64,000 nt of DNA. Origin: Actinomycetota bacterium (lineage in GTDB: Bacteria; Actinomycetota; Actinomycetes; Mycobacteriales; SCTD01). The stretch spans positions 2,544 through 66,543 of the forward strand of contig JBKOVB010000045.1 of assembly GCA_046723735.1 (NCBI GenBank). Reading direction: 5' to 3'. This document shows, in pieces, positions 30,542 to 40,514 of this stretch. The notes under the pieces were generated by a model. That model was given only the letters and a program-made list of their open reading frames with translations, searched no databases and was not told where the DNA came from. Position 1 is the stretch's first letter, and each line of letters opens with the position of its first letter. The position numbers and the translations under genes are program-made.

Positions 30542-32761
30542 GTGGCCAGGACTGCCGGTGATCGCAGGGTCGTGCGCCCTGTCGGCTTCGTCCCCGTCGA
30601 GGCGAAGTTCCGTCCGCCTGCCCAGCCGTCCGGCCTGGTGCTCCGAGGCCAGCTCGTCGACAGGTTGCTGGAGGCGCGGGACTGCCCGCTCGTGCTGCTC
30701 GCTGCCCCGCCCGGCTACGGCAAGAGCGTGGTCGTGACGCAGTGGGCCGGTGAGGACGACCGGCCCTTCGCCTGGCTCACCCTGGACCAGGCGGACAACG
30801 ACCCGCTCGTGCTCATCACCTACGTCGTGCTCTCCCTGCACCGTGTGGAGCCGGTGGAGGCCGGGATCATGGTCGACGCCGCGAGCGCCGCGGACGTGCT
30901 GCAGCGCTTGCTCCCGGCGCTGCGCCGCCGGCAGCCCTTCGTGCTCGTGGTCGACGCCGCCGACGCGCTCACGGCGCCCGAGGCCATCGAGGTGCTCCAG
31001 GTCCTGGGGGACAACCTCCCCGACGGTGCCCAGCTCGCGCTCGTGGGGCGCACCGTCCCAGCGGTGGGGTGGCGGTCGCGGACGACCGAGGTCGGTACGG
31101 CGGACCTCAAGCTCAGCAGGGCCGAGGCGCTCGCCCTCGTCAGGGGCACCGGCCTCGCGCTGGCGGACCACGACGTGGAGGAGCTGCTCCGTCGTACCGA
31201 GGGGTGGGCGGCGGGCATGTACCTCGCGACGCTCTCGCTCGGGGCGCACGGCCACCAGCCGCCCTCCGTCGCGAGCGTGGTGGGGCGCGACAGCCTGATC
31301 GCGGGATACCTGCGGGACCAGGTGCTCGACCTGCTCGCGCCGGAGGACCAGGAGCTGCTTGTCCGGACGTCGATCCTCACCCGACTGTCCGGCCCGCTGT
31401 GCGACGCCGTGCTGCTGAAGAAGAAGTCGGGGGAGAGCCTGCAGCGCCTGGCACAGGCCAACGTCCTGCTCTTCCGCATGGACGACCAGGGCCGCTGGTT
31501 CCGGCTGCACCAGCTGTTCGGCGAGGCGCTCCGGACGGAGCTGCTGCACCGGGAGCCACAGCTGGTCAAGAGCCTGCACTCCCGCGCGAGCCTCTGGTTC
31601 GAGGCGGCCGGCAACCTCGACGAGGCGATCGCGCACGCCATCGACGCCATGGACGTGGCGCGGGCCGCGCATCTGATCTGGCGGCACACGCCGGCGTGCG
31701 TCGCGACCGGGAGGCTGTCGCGGCTCGAGCGCTGGCTGGGTGCCTTCACCGCGCGTCAGGTGGGGACGCACGCGAAGCTCTCGCTCGCGGCCGCGTGGCT
31801 GGCGCTGGAGCGCGGCCGGCCCGCGGAGCACTGGGTGTCGGCGGCGGTGGGCGGCCAGTACGAGGCGGCGGTCAAGGGCGAGGCCGAGTCGGTCGCCTCC
31901 GCCACGGCCCTGCTCCGTGCCGTCCTTGCCAGGAACGGGCTCGTGCAGATGGCTGCGGACGCGATGCTCGCCGTGCGCCTGCAGGAACCGGGCGACCCGT
32001 GGTTCCCCGTCGCGACCTTGCTGGAGGCGGTCGCCACCTATCTCACCGGGCACACGGCGGAGGCGCACAGCAAGCTGGCCGACGCCGAGGGCCTCGCCGC
32101 CGCGACCGGCGCACACGCCACCCGGGCCGCGGCGCTGGCCCAGCTCGTGCTGGTCGCCCTCGACGACGGCGACCTCGACACGGCACGCGTGCTGACCGAG
32201 CAGGCCATGGACCTGCTGCGCGCCTTCCACCTCGAGGACAGCGCCTCCCTTCTCCCGGTGCACTGCGTGGCGTCCCTGGTGGCGGCTCGGTCGGGCCGCA
32301 CGGAGGAGGCCGCAGCGCTGTCCCGCGAGTGCCTGCGGAGGGTGGCGCTGACGGCGCACCCCGCGCCATGGGGGGGCGTGCAGTGCCGGCTGGTGCTGGC
32401 CCGCACCGAGCTCCTGCTCGGGGAGCCGCCCGCCGCCCGCACGCTGCTGTCGGAGGCACAGGAGCTGCTGCCCCAGGTGCCGGACGCCACCTTCCTGCGG
32501 GACGCCGTCGAGAGCACCTGGCACGAGCTCGAGGCCATCCCTCTGGACCGCGCCGGGAGGGGCACGACGCTCACGAGCGCCGAGCTGCGGGTGCTGCAGT
32601 ACCTGCCGACCCACCTGTCCTTCGAGGAGATCGGGCGCCAGCTGTTCGTGTCTCGCAACACGGTGAAGACCCAGGCCGTCGCGGCCTACCGCAAGCTCGG
32701 TGTGAGCTCCCGCTCGGAGGCCGTCGACCGGGCGCGTTCGCTCGGTCTGCTCACCGGCTGA
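30542..32761 (+). CDS. Large ATP-binding LuxR-family regulator (LAL/MalT-like), paralog 2
   Basis: GTG start. Walker A reads LLAAPPGYGKSV. The C-terminal HTH reads LTSAELRVLQYLPTHLSFEEIGRQLFVSRNTVKTQAVAAYRKLGV. It is collinear with the 17599-19926 protein over its full length. Confidence 0.85.
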   Translation: MARTAGDRRVVRPVGFVPVEAKFRPPAQPSGLVLRGQLVDRLLEARDCPLVLLAAPPGYGKSVVVTQWAGEDDRPFAWLTLDQADNDPLVLITYVVLSLHRVEPVEAGIMVDAASAADVLQRLLPALRRRQPFVLVVDAADALTAPEAIEVLQVLGDNLPDGAQLALVGRTVPAVGWRSRTTEVGTADLKLSRAEALALVRGTGLALADHDVEELLRRTEGWAAGMYLATLSLGAHGHQPPSVASVVGRDSLIAGYLRDQVLDLLAPEDQELLVRTSILTRLSGPLCDAVLLKKKSGESLQRLAQANVLLFRMDDQGRWFRLHQLFGEALRTELLHREPQLVKSLHSRASLWFEAAGNLDEAIAHAIDAMDVARAAHLIWRHTPACVATGRLSRLERWLGAFTARQVGTHAKLSLAAAWLALERGRPAEHWVSAAVGGQYEAAVKGEAESVASATALLRAVLARNGLVQMAADAMLAVRLQEPGDPWFPVATLLEAVATYLTGHTAEAHSKLADAEGLAAATGAHATRAAALAQLVLVALDDGDLDTARVLTEQAMDLLRAFHLEDSASLLPVHCVASLVAARSGRTEEAAALSRECLRRVALTAHPAPWGGVQCRLVLARTELLLGEPPAARTLLSEAQELLPQVPDATFLRDAVESTWHELEAIPLDRAGRGTTLTSAELRVLQYLPTHLSFEEIGRQLFVSRNTVKTQAVAAYRKLGVSSRSEAVDRARSLGLLTG

Positions 32762-34226
32762 TCAGCGCGGCGTCGTCCACCTTGGCGTGCTTCGGGATCA
32801 GCATGGCGAGGACCAGCCCGATCAGCGAGACCACCACCAGCACGGCCATCGCTGCCGCGAAGTTGTGGTTGCCCGGCAGCGCGGTCGAGACCAGCACGGA
32901 CCCGCACAGGGCCGTGCCGAGCGAGGACCCGAGGTTGGAGACGCTGCGCGACAGGCCGGAGATGTCGGCCTGGTCGCGGTCCGGGAAGCTGGACTGGACG
33001 ATGTTCACCGACGACGTCAGCATCGTGCCCATGCCGAGGCCCATCAGGATCAGCCCCGGCACCGAGCTGAGCACACCGGAGTCCTTGCGCACCAGGGCCA
33101 GGAGGAGCAGGAGGCCGACGGTGCTGATGAGGAAGCCCATGACGACGAGCCACCGCTGGGTGTGGCGTCGGGCGAACCGCTCCGCCGCGGCGGAGGAGAC
33201 CAGGATCCCGATCGTGGCCGGGGTGAGCGCCAGTCCCGTCTCGATGGCGCTGTAGCCCCGGGCCTCCTGCAGGAACACCGATACCACGAAGAAAGCGCCC
33301 TGCATCACCAGCCACTGGACCGTCTGCGTGCCCAGGCCGAGGTTCGCCTGGCGCACCCCGAACAGCCGCAAGGGAAGCAGCGGCGTCCTCCCGGTGCGTT
33401 CGGCCCGCCGTACGTGCAGGAAGAACAGCAGCAGGAAGACCGCGCCGACGGCGATGAACAGCCACACGGGGGACAGGCCGCCCTCCTCGACGAGGACGTT
33501 GTCCCCGACCGTGAAGTCCTGGCGGCAGCTGAACCACCCGTAGGTCCGGGAGAGCAGGATGCCGAGCACCACGAAGAACAGCCCCAGGGCCGAGAGCACC
33601 GCGCCCGTCAGGTCGAACCGCGGCGGCGGCCCCTCGCGGGGCGGGTCGAACAGGGAGCGTGACATCAGGATGATGGCAGCGACGACGAGGACCTGCAGCA
33701 GGAACGAGGCGCGCCAGCTGATCCAGCTGGTGATCGTGCCGCCGATGAGCGGGCCGGCGGCCGCACCCAGCCCGCCCGCACCACTCACCACACCGAAGAA
33801 CTTCGCCCTGGTCTGCACGTCAGCGAACCAGACCGTCACGAGGATGTAGATGGGCGGGATCATGAGCGCGGAGCCGACGCCCTCGAGCACCGAGTAGCCG
33901 ACGATCATCACGCCCAGCCCAGGCGCCAGGGTCGCCAGCAGGGCGCCGATCCCGTAGATCACCAGGCCGCCCATGAAGCAGGCCTTGCGTCCCCGGATGT
34001 CGCTCAGCTTGCTGCCTGGGATCATCAGGGCAGCCATCGTGAGCGTGAACAGCGTGATCGCCGTCTGCAGTCCGATGACCGTGGTGTCGAGGTCCTTCGC
34101 GATCGCGGTGATGGCGACGTTCATGTTGGTGGCGGCGTAGCTCGCGATGAACTGGGCCAGGGCGAGCGGGCGCACCATGGCGCGGTCGGGCACCCTCGGC
34201 GCACCAGTCGCGGACGAAGCGGTCAC
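32751..34226 (-). CDS. MFS transporter (14-TM DHA2-like)
   Basis: About 14 hydrophobic segments. Motifs include LSDIRGRKACFMGG and LEGVGSALMIP. The start is GTG 34226 or ATG 34178. The 3' end overlaps the convergent LuxR gene by 11 nt. Confidence 0.85.
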   Translation of the reverse strand: MTASSATGAPRVPDRAMVRPLALAQFIASYAATNMNVAITAIAKDLDTTVIGLQTAITLFTLTMAALMIPGSKLSDIRGRKACFMGGLVIYGIGALLATLAPGLGVMIVGYSVLEGVGSALMIPPIYILVTVWFADVQTRAKFFGVVSGAGGLGAAAGPLIGGTITSWISWRASFLLQVLVVAAIILMSRSLFDPPREGPPPRFDLTGAVLSALGLFFVVLGILLSRTYGWFSCRQDFTVGDNVLVEEGGLSPVWLFIAVGAVFLLLFFLHVRRAERTGRTPLLPLRLFGVRQANLGLGTQTVQWLVMQGAFFVVSVFLQEARGYSAIETGLALTPATIGILVSSAAAERFARRHTQRWLVVMGFLISTVGLLLLLALVRKDSGVLSSVPGLILMGLGMGTMLTSSVNIVQSSFPDRDQADISGLSRSVSNLGSSLGTALCGSVLVSTALPGNHNFAAAMAVLVVVSLIGLVLAMLIPKHAKVDDAALISR

Positions 34227-34373
34227 CCGGACACCATCCGATGTGGGGCAGCGGGCGTCGTCATCCAGGACGGGTGAGACCCGGCGTCCTGGTCACCCGA
34301 TGGGGATGATGCCCCTCCTCCCCCCTTGCTCGGAGAGTCGCAGCGTCCAGACAGGGAGCAAAACCGTGGCCCG

Positions 34374-34676
34374 TGGGTCTCGATGGGTGAGGACGCGAGC
34401 GTGTGGGCCGACCGGGTGGAGCTGCTCACGCTGTACCAGGTCAACGCCGACGTCGTCAGCCGTACGGGCAACCCCAAGGTCGGCTTCCTCCACTGCCTGC
34501 CGGCGTTCCACAACCGCGAGACCAAGATCGGAGAGCAGATCCACGAGCAGTTCGGCCTCGAGGGGCTGGAGGTCACCGACGAGGTCTTCGAGTCCGAGCG
34601 GTCCCTGGTGTTCGATCCTGCCGAGAACCGGATGCACACGATCAAGGCGGTCATGGTCGCCACGCTCGGCGGCTGA
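34374..34676 (+). pseudogene. C-terminal ~100-codon remnant of ornithine carbamoyltransferase (arcB/argF-like)
   Basis: Translation reads [24 protein letters not shown]...[14 protein letters not shown]...[35 protein letters not shown]. This matches the last third of OTCases (E. coli ArgI ...VWVSMGE...[10 protein letters not shown]...EVTDEVFES...[16 protein letters not shown]). Nothing OTCase-like lies upstream; about 230 N-terminal codons, including the carbamoyl-phosphate site, are missing. Confidence 0.8.
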
Positions 34677-34691
34677 CCGCAGGAGGAAGGC

Positions 34692-35606
34692 ATGAGGGTC
34701 GTGGTGGCGCTGGGCGGCAACGCGCTGCTCAAGCGCGGCGAGCCGATGACCGCAGCGGTGCAGCGCGCGAACGTGCGCGCCGCCGCACCCTCGCTCGCCG
34801 GGGTAGCGACCCGGCACCAGCTCGTGCTCACGCACGGCAACGGACCACAGGTCGGTCTGCTGGCGCTGCAGGCAGCGGCGTACGAGGAAGTGGAGGCCTA
34901 TCCGCTGGACGTGCTGGGTGCGGAGACCGAGGGCATGATCGGCTACGTGCTCGAGCAGGAGCTCGGCAACCTGCTTCCGTTCGAGGTTCCGTTCGCGACG
35001 CTGCTGACCATGGTGGAGGTCGACCCGGCCGACCCGGCGTTCCGCGACCCCACGAAGTTCGTCGGGCGGGTCTACACGAAGGACGAGGCGGACCGAGTCG
35101 GCGCCGAGACCGGATGGGTCTTCAAGCAGGACGGGCAGCACTGGCGGCGCGTCGTCCCGTCACCGGAGCCGCAACGCATCTTCGAGCTGCGGCCGGTGGA
35201 GTGGCTGCTGGAGAGGGGCACGGTCGTGATCTGCGCGGGGGGCGGTGGCATCCCGACGATGTACGAGGCCGGGTCGCCGCGCAGGCTCGTCGGGGTGGAA
35301 GCCGTCATCGACAAGGACCTGGCGAGCGAGCGGCTCGCGACGGGCGTGCACGCGGACCTGTACGTGATGGCGACCGACGTCGACGGCGTGTACGTCGGCT
35401 GGGGGACGCCGAGGCAGCACCGGCTGGAGCGGGTCACCGCCGAGGAGCTGCGAGGCATGGGTTTCCCGGCAGGCTCGATGGGCCCGAAGGTCGAGGCGGC
35501 GATCAGGTTCGTGGAGCGCACCGGCAACCGAGCGGCCATCGGTGCGCTGTCGGAGGTCGAGAAGGTCGTCGACGGCGTCGCGGGCACCCAGGTGGTGCCG
35601 TCGTGA
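34692..35606 (+). CDS. arcC: Carbamate kinase
   Basis: ATG 34692 follows AGGAGGA. Motifs include [38 protein letters not shown] and [10 protein letters not shown]. Confidence 0.9.
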   Translation: MRVVVALGGNALLKRGEPMTAAVQRANVRAAAPSLAGVATRHQLVLTHGNGPQVGLLALQAAAYEEVEAYPLDVLGAETEGMIGYVLEQELGNLLPFEVPFATLLTMVEVDPADPAFRDPTKFVGRVYTKDEADRVGAETGWVFKQDGQHWRRVVPSPEPQRIFELRPVEWLLERGTVVICAGGGGIPTMYEAGSPRRLVGVEAVIDKDLASERLATGVHADLYVMATDVDGVYVGWGTPRQHRLERVTAEELRGMGFPAGSMGPKVEAAIRFVERTGNRAAIGALSEVEKVVDGVAGTQVVPS

Positions 35607-35689
35607 CGGCCGCCGAACGACTGCGCGAGGCGTGAGCATCACCCAGCACGGATGATGCCCAGGCGGGGGGGTGCGTCGACCATCGCCGG

Positions 35690-38077
35690 ATGAAGAAGAC
35701 GGTGGACATCCTCGAGGGCAACACCTTCGTGGTCAGCGACGAGCGTGGCGACATCGACGGCTCGCCGGTCGAGGCGCACGGGCTGTTCGACCGAGACACC
35801 CGCTACCTCTCGCGCTGGGTGCTCACGCTCGACGGGCAGCGCCCGGCCACCCTGAGCGTGGACACGACGCACTACTACGCGGCGCAGTTCTTCCTGGCGC
35901 CCGGGGTGGCCTCGGCGTACATCAACGCCAAGGTCGCGATCATCCGGCGTCGCACGGTGCTGGACGGCTTCCACGAGTCGATCGCGGTGACCAACCACGA
36001 CTCGGCGCCGGTGACCATCGAGGTGGCGCTCGCCGCGGAGGCGGACTTCGCCGACCTCTTCGAGGTGAAGGACGCCACGGTCCATGACAAGCGGGGGCGG
36101 CCCTACCAGCGGGTGGAGAAGGACCGGCTGGTCCTGGGGTACGAGCGGGACGCGTACCGGAGGGAGACCTGGGTCCGGGCCACCGGCGACCCGTTGTATG
36201 ACGAGGGCGGGCTCCGTTTCACCGTGACCCTCGACCCGCAGGAGTCCTGGAGCACCGACGTCGACGTGCTCACCGTCCGCGGTGCGGATCGCCACCCGGC
36301 CTTCCACGACGCCGCGGACTGGGACGACCCCGAGAGCCGGCTGGGCCTGAAGCTGCTGCGGCAGCACGTGCCTGTGCTCGTGTGCGACTGGGAGCCGCTC
36401 GAGGCGATCTACGAGCAGACCATGAACGACCTGGCATCCTTGCGCTTCGACCTGCCCATCAGCCCCGGCCACTACCTGCCCGCGGCCGGGCTGCCCTGGT
36501 TCATGTCGCCCTTCGGCCGTGACAGCCTCATCACCAGCTTCCAGGCGCTGCCGTTCATGCCAGAGCTTGCGCACACGGCCCTGGTCACGCTCGCCGAGCT
36601 GCAGGCGCGCAAGCGGGACGACTTCCGCGACGCCGAGCCGGGGAAGATGCTCCACGAGCTGCGCTTCGGCGAGCTGACGGCCTTCGAGGAGCGCCCGCAC
36701 TCGCCGTACTACGGCAGCGCCGACGGCACGCAGCTGTGGCTCGTGCTGCTCGACGAGTACGAGCGCTGGACCGGCCGTGACGACGTCGTGCACGCGTTGG
36801 AGGGCCCGGCGCGGGCCGCGTTACGGTGGATCGACGAGTTCGGCGACCGCGACGGCGACGGGTACGTCGAGTACGAGCGCCGCAACCCCGAGACCGGCCT
36901 CGAGAACCAGTGCTGGCGCGACTCGTGGGACTCGATCCAGTCCGCTGACGGCACCATGGCATCCCTGCCACGGGCCACCTGCGAGCTCCAGGGCTACGTG
37001 TACGACGCCAAGCGCCGCGCGGCAAGGCTGGCGCGCACGGTGTGGGACGACGCGGCCCTGGCGGATCGGCTCGAGGAGGAGGCGGAGGCGCTGAACAAGC
37101 GGTTCAACGAGGACTTCTGGCTCCCCGACCTCGGATACTTCGCGCTCGCGCTGGACGGGGACAAGAAGCCGGTCGACAGCCTCACCTCGAACCTCGGCCA
37201 CCTGCTGTGGAGCGGCATCGTCGACGACGACAAGGTGCCGCGCGTCGTGGAGCTGCTCATGGGGGAGCGGCTGTACTCGGGCTGGGGGTTCCGCACCTTC
37301 GCGACGGAGCAGACCGGCTTCAACCCCATCGGCTACCACCTCGGCACCGTCTGGCCGCACGACACGGCGTTCGGCGTGCTGGGGCTGGCTCAGCACGGCT
37401 ACCGCGCGGAGGCCGCGACGGTGGCCATGTCGCTGCTCGAGGCCGCCGAGCTCCTGGGCGGCCGGCTGCCCGAGGCCTTCGCCGGCTTCTCCCGCGAGCA
37501 CACCGCCTTCCCGGCCGAGTACCCCACGGCCTGCAGCCCGCAGGCGTGGGCCTCCGGGGCGCCCCTCATGCTGCTGCGCGCCCTGCTCGGTCTGCAGCCG
37601 GACGGCGCGGTCCTGCGCTCGAACGCCCACCTGCCGGAGCGGATCCGCGAGCTGCGGCTGTTCCGGGTCCCTGGCCGCTGGGGGACCGCGGACGTCGGTG
37701 TGGACCTCACCGGTCAGGTGCTGCGGCTCGACCAGGCCTCGGGGCAGGAGCCGTCGCCCGTGGTGGGTGCACTGGTCGAGGCGGCGCGACAGATTCCCGC
37801 GGACGCCTGGCGGGGCCGGCGTGCGTCGGTCTGCTTCGACCTGGGGGCGGCGGGGACGTACCGCGTCGTCCTGGACAACGGCCGGGTGTCGCTCGACAGC
37901 CACGGCGACGCGGACTGCGTGGTCACCACCGACGAGAAGACGCTCGCCGAGCTGCTGCGGGGCGAGCGCAGCCCGATGACCACGGCGCTGTCCGGCCAGG
38001 CGCGGGTGGAGGGAGACGTCGACGTGGTGATGCGGCTGCTGTCCTTCCTCGGCCGTGTGGGCGCCTCGGCGGAGTGA
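35690..38077 (+). CDS. Glycogen-debranching-enzyme-like (GDE N-terminal + amylo-alpha-1,6-glucosidase (alpha/alpha)6 domain) protein with C-terminal SCP2 sterol-carrier domain
   Basis: The N-terminus reads ILEGNTFVVSDERGDI...GLFDRDTRYLSRW. The core carries AAGLPWFMSPFGRDSLI, GKMLHELRFGE, YYGSADGTQLW and GYHLGTVWPHD. The last ~95 aa read VCFDLGAAGTYRVVLDNGRVSLDS..DADCVVTTDEKTLAELLRGERSPMTTALSGQARVEGDVDVVMRLLSFL, the SCP2 pattern. Confidence 0.8.
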   Translation: MKKTVDILEGNTFVVSDERGDIDGSPVEAHGLFDRDTRYLSRWVLTLDGQRPATLSVDTTHYYAAQFFLAPGVASAYINAKVAIIRRRTVLDGFHESIAVTNHDSAPVTIEVALAAEADFADLFEVKDATVHDKRGRPYQRVEKDRLVLGYERDAYRRETWVRATGDPLYDEGGLRFTVTLDPQESWSTDVDVLTVRGADRHPAFHDAADWDDPESRLGLKLLRQHVPVLVCDWEPLEAIYEQTMNDLASLRFDLPISPGHYLPAAGLPWFMSPFGRDSLITSFQALPFMPELAHTALVTLAELQARKRDDFRDAEPGKMLHELRFGELTAFEERPHSPYYGSADGTQLWLVLLDEYERWTGRDDVVHALEGPARAALRWIDEFGDRDGDGYVEYERRNPETGLENQCWRDSWDSIQSADGTMASLPRATCELQGYVYDAKRRAARLARTVWDDAALADRLEEEAEALNKRFNEDFWLPDLGYFALALDGDKKPVDSLTSNLGHLLWSGIVDDDKVPRVVELLMGERLYSGWGFRTFATEQTGFNPIGYHLGTVWPHDTAFGVLGLAQHGYRAEAATVAMSLLEAAELLGGRLPEAFAGFSREHTAFPAEYPTACSPQAWASGAPLMLLRALLGLQPDGAVLRSNAHLPERIRELRLFRVPGRWGTADVGVDLTGQVLRLDQASGQEPSPVVGALVEAARQIPADAWRGRRASVCFDLGAAGTYRVVLDNGRVSLDSHGDADCVVTTDEKTLAELLRGERSPMTTALSGQARVEGDVDVVMRLLSFLGRVGASAE

Positions 38078-38080
38078 CGG

Positions 38081-38662
38081 TCAGCCCGACCGGGGCTCGT
38101 CGCCTCCGCCCGGCTCCCGGCGTGTCAGCCCCACCTGGACCGCGCCCACGAGCAGCCGGAACCCGAAGCCGATCACGATCAGGTCGCCGATCATCTGCAC
38201 GGTGACCACCGTCCGGGCGGTCTCGGTCCTCGCCACGATGTCGCCGAAGCCGACGGTGGCGAACACCGTGACCGAGAAGTAGAGCGCATCGAGCCGCGAC
38301 AGAGGCTCGCTGAAGCTTTCCGCGTCGTGGTGCTCCAAGAGGTAGTACGACGCGGCAAACATCAGCAGGAACAGCGGCGCCGCGGTGGCCAGCACCTCGA
38401 GCGCCCGCAGCCGCGGCGCGTCCGAGTGCATGATCGAGCGGATCTGCCACGTGAGCAGGACCGGGAACGCCAGCAGGCCGACAGTGAGCAGCAGGCCGCC
38501 GGTCAGGTCCGGCGCGTGGGTGAGGGGTACCGCGAAGTAGATCCAGACGAGCGTGGTCGTCGTCAGGACGGCCCGGATCAGGCTCAGCGCCAGCTGACGT
38601 CGAGGCGGCATCCCGGCCGGGGAGAGCCGGACGTTGGCGTCCAGGTCCGGGGACGGGTTCAT
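38081..38662 (-). CDS. Potassium-channel family protein (pore loop TVGFGD)
   Basis: The ATG 38662 start is internal to the track ORF. The pore region reads LYFSVTVFATVGFGDIV, flanked by TM helices. Confidence 0.8.
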   Translation of the reverse strand: MNPSPDLDANVRLSPAGMPPRRQLALSLIRAVLTTTTLVWIYFAVPLTHAPDLTGGLLLTVGLLAFPVLLTWQIRSIMHSDAPRLRALEVLATAAPLFLLMFAASYYLLEHHDAESFSEPLSRLDALYFSVTVFATVGFGDIVARTETARTVVTVQMIGDLIVIGFGFRLLVGAVQVGLTRREPGGGDEPRSG

Positions 38663-38684
38663 GGGCACCGGGGCTGCCCGGGGC

Positions 38685-39110
38685 TCAGCAGGTGCGCTTG
38701 ACGGCGGACACCAGCGCCTGACCGGCGTCGACCGCGGTGCGGGCCGAAGTCGCTGTCGCCGCGAGGCTGACCGCCGAGGGGTTGGCCTTCGCCGCGTCCA
38801 CGGCGGTCTGCAACGACGCGAGAGCGGTGTCCACGGCGGAGATCTCCGACGAGAACTGGCCCTTGGCGTCCGCCCTGAGCGTGGCAAGCCTCTGCTGGAT
38901 CGTGTCCAGGTCCTGCTGGGCCTCGGCGATCGCACCCTGCCCGACCTGCACGTCCTTGAGGTCGTCGACGGACGACCGCAGGCTGTCGACGTCGTTGCAG
39001 ACGGCCGGCTTCGCCTCGTTGTCCTTGTTGTCGTCGCTGCAGGCCCCGAGCGCAGCGGCCGTCAGCACCGCGGCGGTGAGGATCAGGGCGTGGCGCGGAT
39101 GTCCGGACAT
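38685..39110 (-). CDS. Helical lipoprotein of unknown function
   Basis: ATG 39110. The signal peptide with lipobox reads ALILTAAVLTAAALGAC. The mature part is Ala/Asp/Gln-rich and helical, with paired Cys residues. Confidence 0.7.
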   Translation of the reverse strand: MSGHPRHALILTAAVLTAAALGACSDDNKDNEAKPAVCNDVDSLRSSVDDLKDVQVGQGAIAEAQQDLDTIQQRLATLRADAKGQFSSEISAVDTALASLQTAVDAAKANPSAVSLAATATSARTAVDAGQALVSAVKRTC

Positions 39111-39261
39111 GGCTGAGACGTTCCTCGGCGGCACGCCCCGTGGCATCACCCCCGACGGGTGATCCCCTGTCAGACGAGGGGATGACGGGCTGTGACGGCT
39201 CGACTTCGTGCCGTACCCTGGGCGAGAAGAGCAACACCGAGAGAGGGCCCGCACGCGCGAC

Positions 39262-39555
39262 ATGGAGCTGCTCGACGTACCTGCCTTCACGAGTGCGCAG
39301 GCCCTTGACGGCATGCGACGTCCGTTCCTGAAGGCCTTCGGGCGGGGCCCGGTGGGCCGTCGGCTCGCCCGTGCCGCGTGGCCGGCCTTTCGGGCGGCGC
39401 TCCTGCACGGATCGGGGATCGCGCTCGCGCGCTCGCACGCCCGGGTGGCCGCCGACGAGCGCAACGCGCACACGCTGCTCGTGGCGCGCTGGACGCACAG
39501 AAGGATCGAGAGCGTCGTCCACCGCGCCGTTCAGGACGCGGCGAACGCCGTCTGA
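39262..39555 (+). CDS. Hypothetical Arg-rich protein (weak call)
   Basis: ATG 39262. G+C at third codon positions is moderately high. No motif was recognised. It lies in an otherwise 455-nt gap. Confidence 0.3.
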   Translation: MELLDVPAFTSAQALDGMRRPFLKAFGRGPVGRRLARAAWPAFRAALLHGSGIALARSHARVAADERNAHTLLVARWTHRRIESVVHRAVQDAANAV

Positions 39556-39565
39556 GCGGAGCCCG

Positions 39566-39868
39566 TCAGCCGTTGAGCAGTCGCGCCTTCTGCTCCTGGA
39601 ACTCGGCCTCCGTCAGCACGCCCTGGTCCTTCAGCGCGCTGAGCTGCTTCAGCTGCTCGACGGCCGCGCTCGAGATCGGCTCCGGCTCCGTGCGGGGTGC
39701 GGGCGCGTACTGCTGAGGCGGTGGTGCGTACTGCTGCTGCTGGGCGTACGCCGCGTCCTCCTGCTCCGCCCAGCGGTTGGCCTGCCGACGCGAGACGCGG
39801 TTGGACACGGCCGTGGCCGTGCCGGCGACGACGGCGGTGCGGGCGACACCACGGATCAGTCCGGGCAT
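39566..39868 (-). CDS. SHOCT domain-containing protein
   Basis: The C-terminus reads VEQLKQLSALKDQGVLTEAEFQEQKARLL (SHOCT). A Gln/Pro-rich linker and an N-terminal amphipathic segment precede it. Confidence 0.75.
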   Translation of the reverse strand: MPGLIRGVARTAVVAGTATAVSNRVSRRQANRWAEQEDAAYAQQQQYAPPPQQYAPAPRTEPEPISSAAVEQLKQLSALKDQGVLTEAEFQEQKARLLNG

Positions 39869-39895
39869 GACGGTCCTCTCTGTACGGCGGGCGGG

Positions 39896-40351
39896 TCAGA
39901 GCTCGGCCGGCTCGGCCTCGAGGGCGGCGAGGAGCGCCTGCACCGGGATGCGGCCGCTCGCGACGAGCTCGGCACCGTTGCGGCGCAGGGTGCGGGCGAG
40001 GGGGGCGGCCCAGAGGTTCTCGTACACGAGGATGGCGCCCGCGTTGCCCGGCTCGAGGGCCTCAGCCGCCTCCTTGACGTCGTCGCCGCCGAGCAGACCG
40101 GATGCCGCGCCCTCGAAGATCGCGAGGTCGAGGGTGCCGTCGTGGTCGAGGTCGGTGACCGCCACGACCTGGATCGTCCCGTCCTCCTGCTTGTGCACGA
40201 AGACCAGGTCGAGCACGCGGATGATCCCGCGGTCGACGAGCGAGACCAGCTCCTTCAGGCCCTCACCGGTCATGGTGAACCTGGGGAACTCGATCACCAG
40301 GTAGTCGACCGGTCCCATCGCGTCCAGCTCGCGGGTCTCGTCAGCCACCAC
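39896..40351 (-). CDS. DUF6325-like cytoplasmic protein (commonly paired with SHOCT proteins)
   Basis: Translation reads GPVDYLVIEFP...GIIRVLDLVFVHKQEDGT...AILVYENLWAAP. The family name is from memory and was not searched. Confidence 0.6.
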   Translation of the reverse strand: MVADETRELDAMGPVDYLVIEFPRFTMTGEGLKELVSLVDRGIIRVLDLVFVHKQEDGTIQVVAVTDLDHDGTLDLAIFEGAASGLLGGDDVKEAAEALEPGNAGAILVYENLWAAPLARTLRRNGAELVASGRIPVQALLAALEAEPAEL

Positions 40352-40514
40352 GTCACGCTCCTGCGTCGCTCCAGCCCTGCACCGACGTCTGAACGTCTGA
40401 CGGACCGGCCCGTAGCGGCATCATCCTGATCGTGTGAAGTTGGCCCACCTCACCCCGTCCGGGTGATGCGCCGCCGACGGCCTCGCGCGACGGTCGCGCT
40501 GTGAGGGGGAGGTC

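Noticed and set aside
17599-32761. The LAL regulators as possible STAND-type defence proteins
   Set aside because: Both end in a canonical LuxR HTH and lack any nuclease or effector domain. They fit ordinary MalT/LAL transcription factors.
34326-34676. The 116-aa track ORF treated as an intact small gene
   Set aside because: Its conserved part corresponds only to the C-terminal third of OTCases, and the first 16 codons are unrelated. I interpret it as a remnant and call it a pseudogene.
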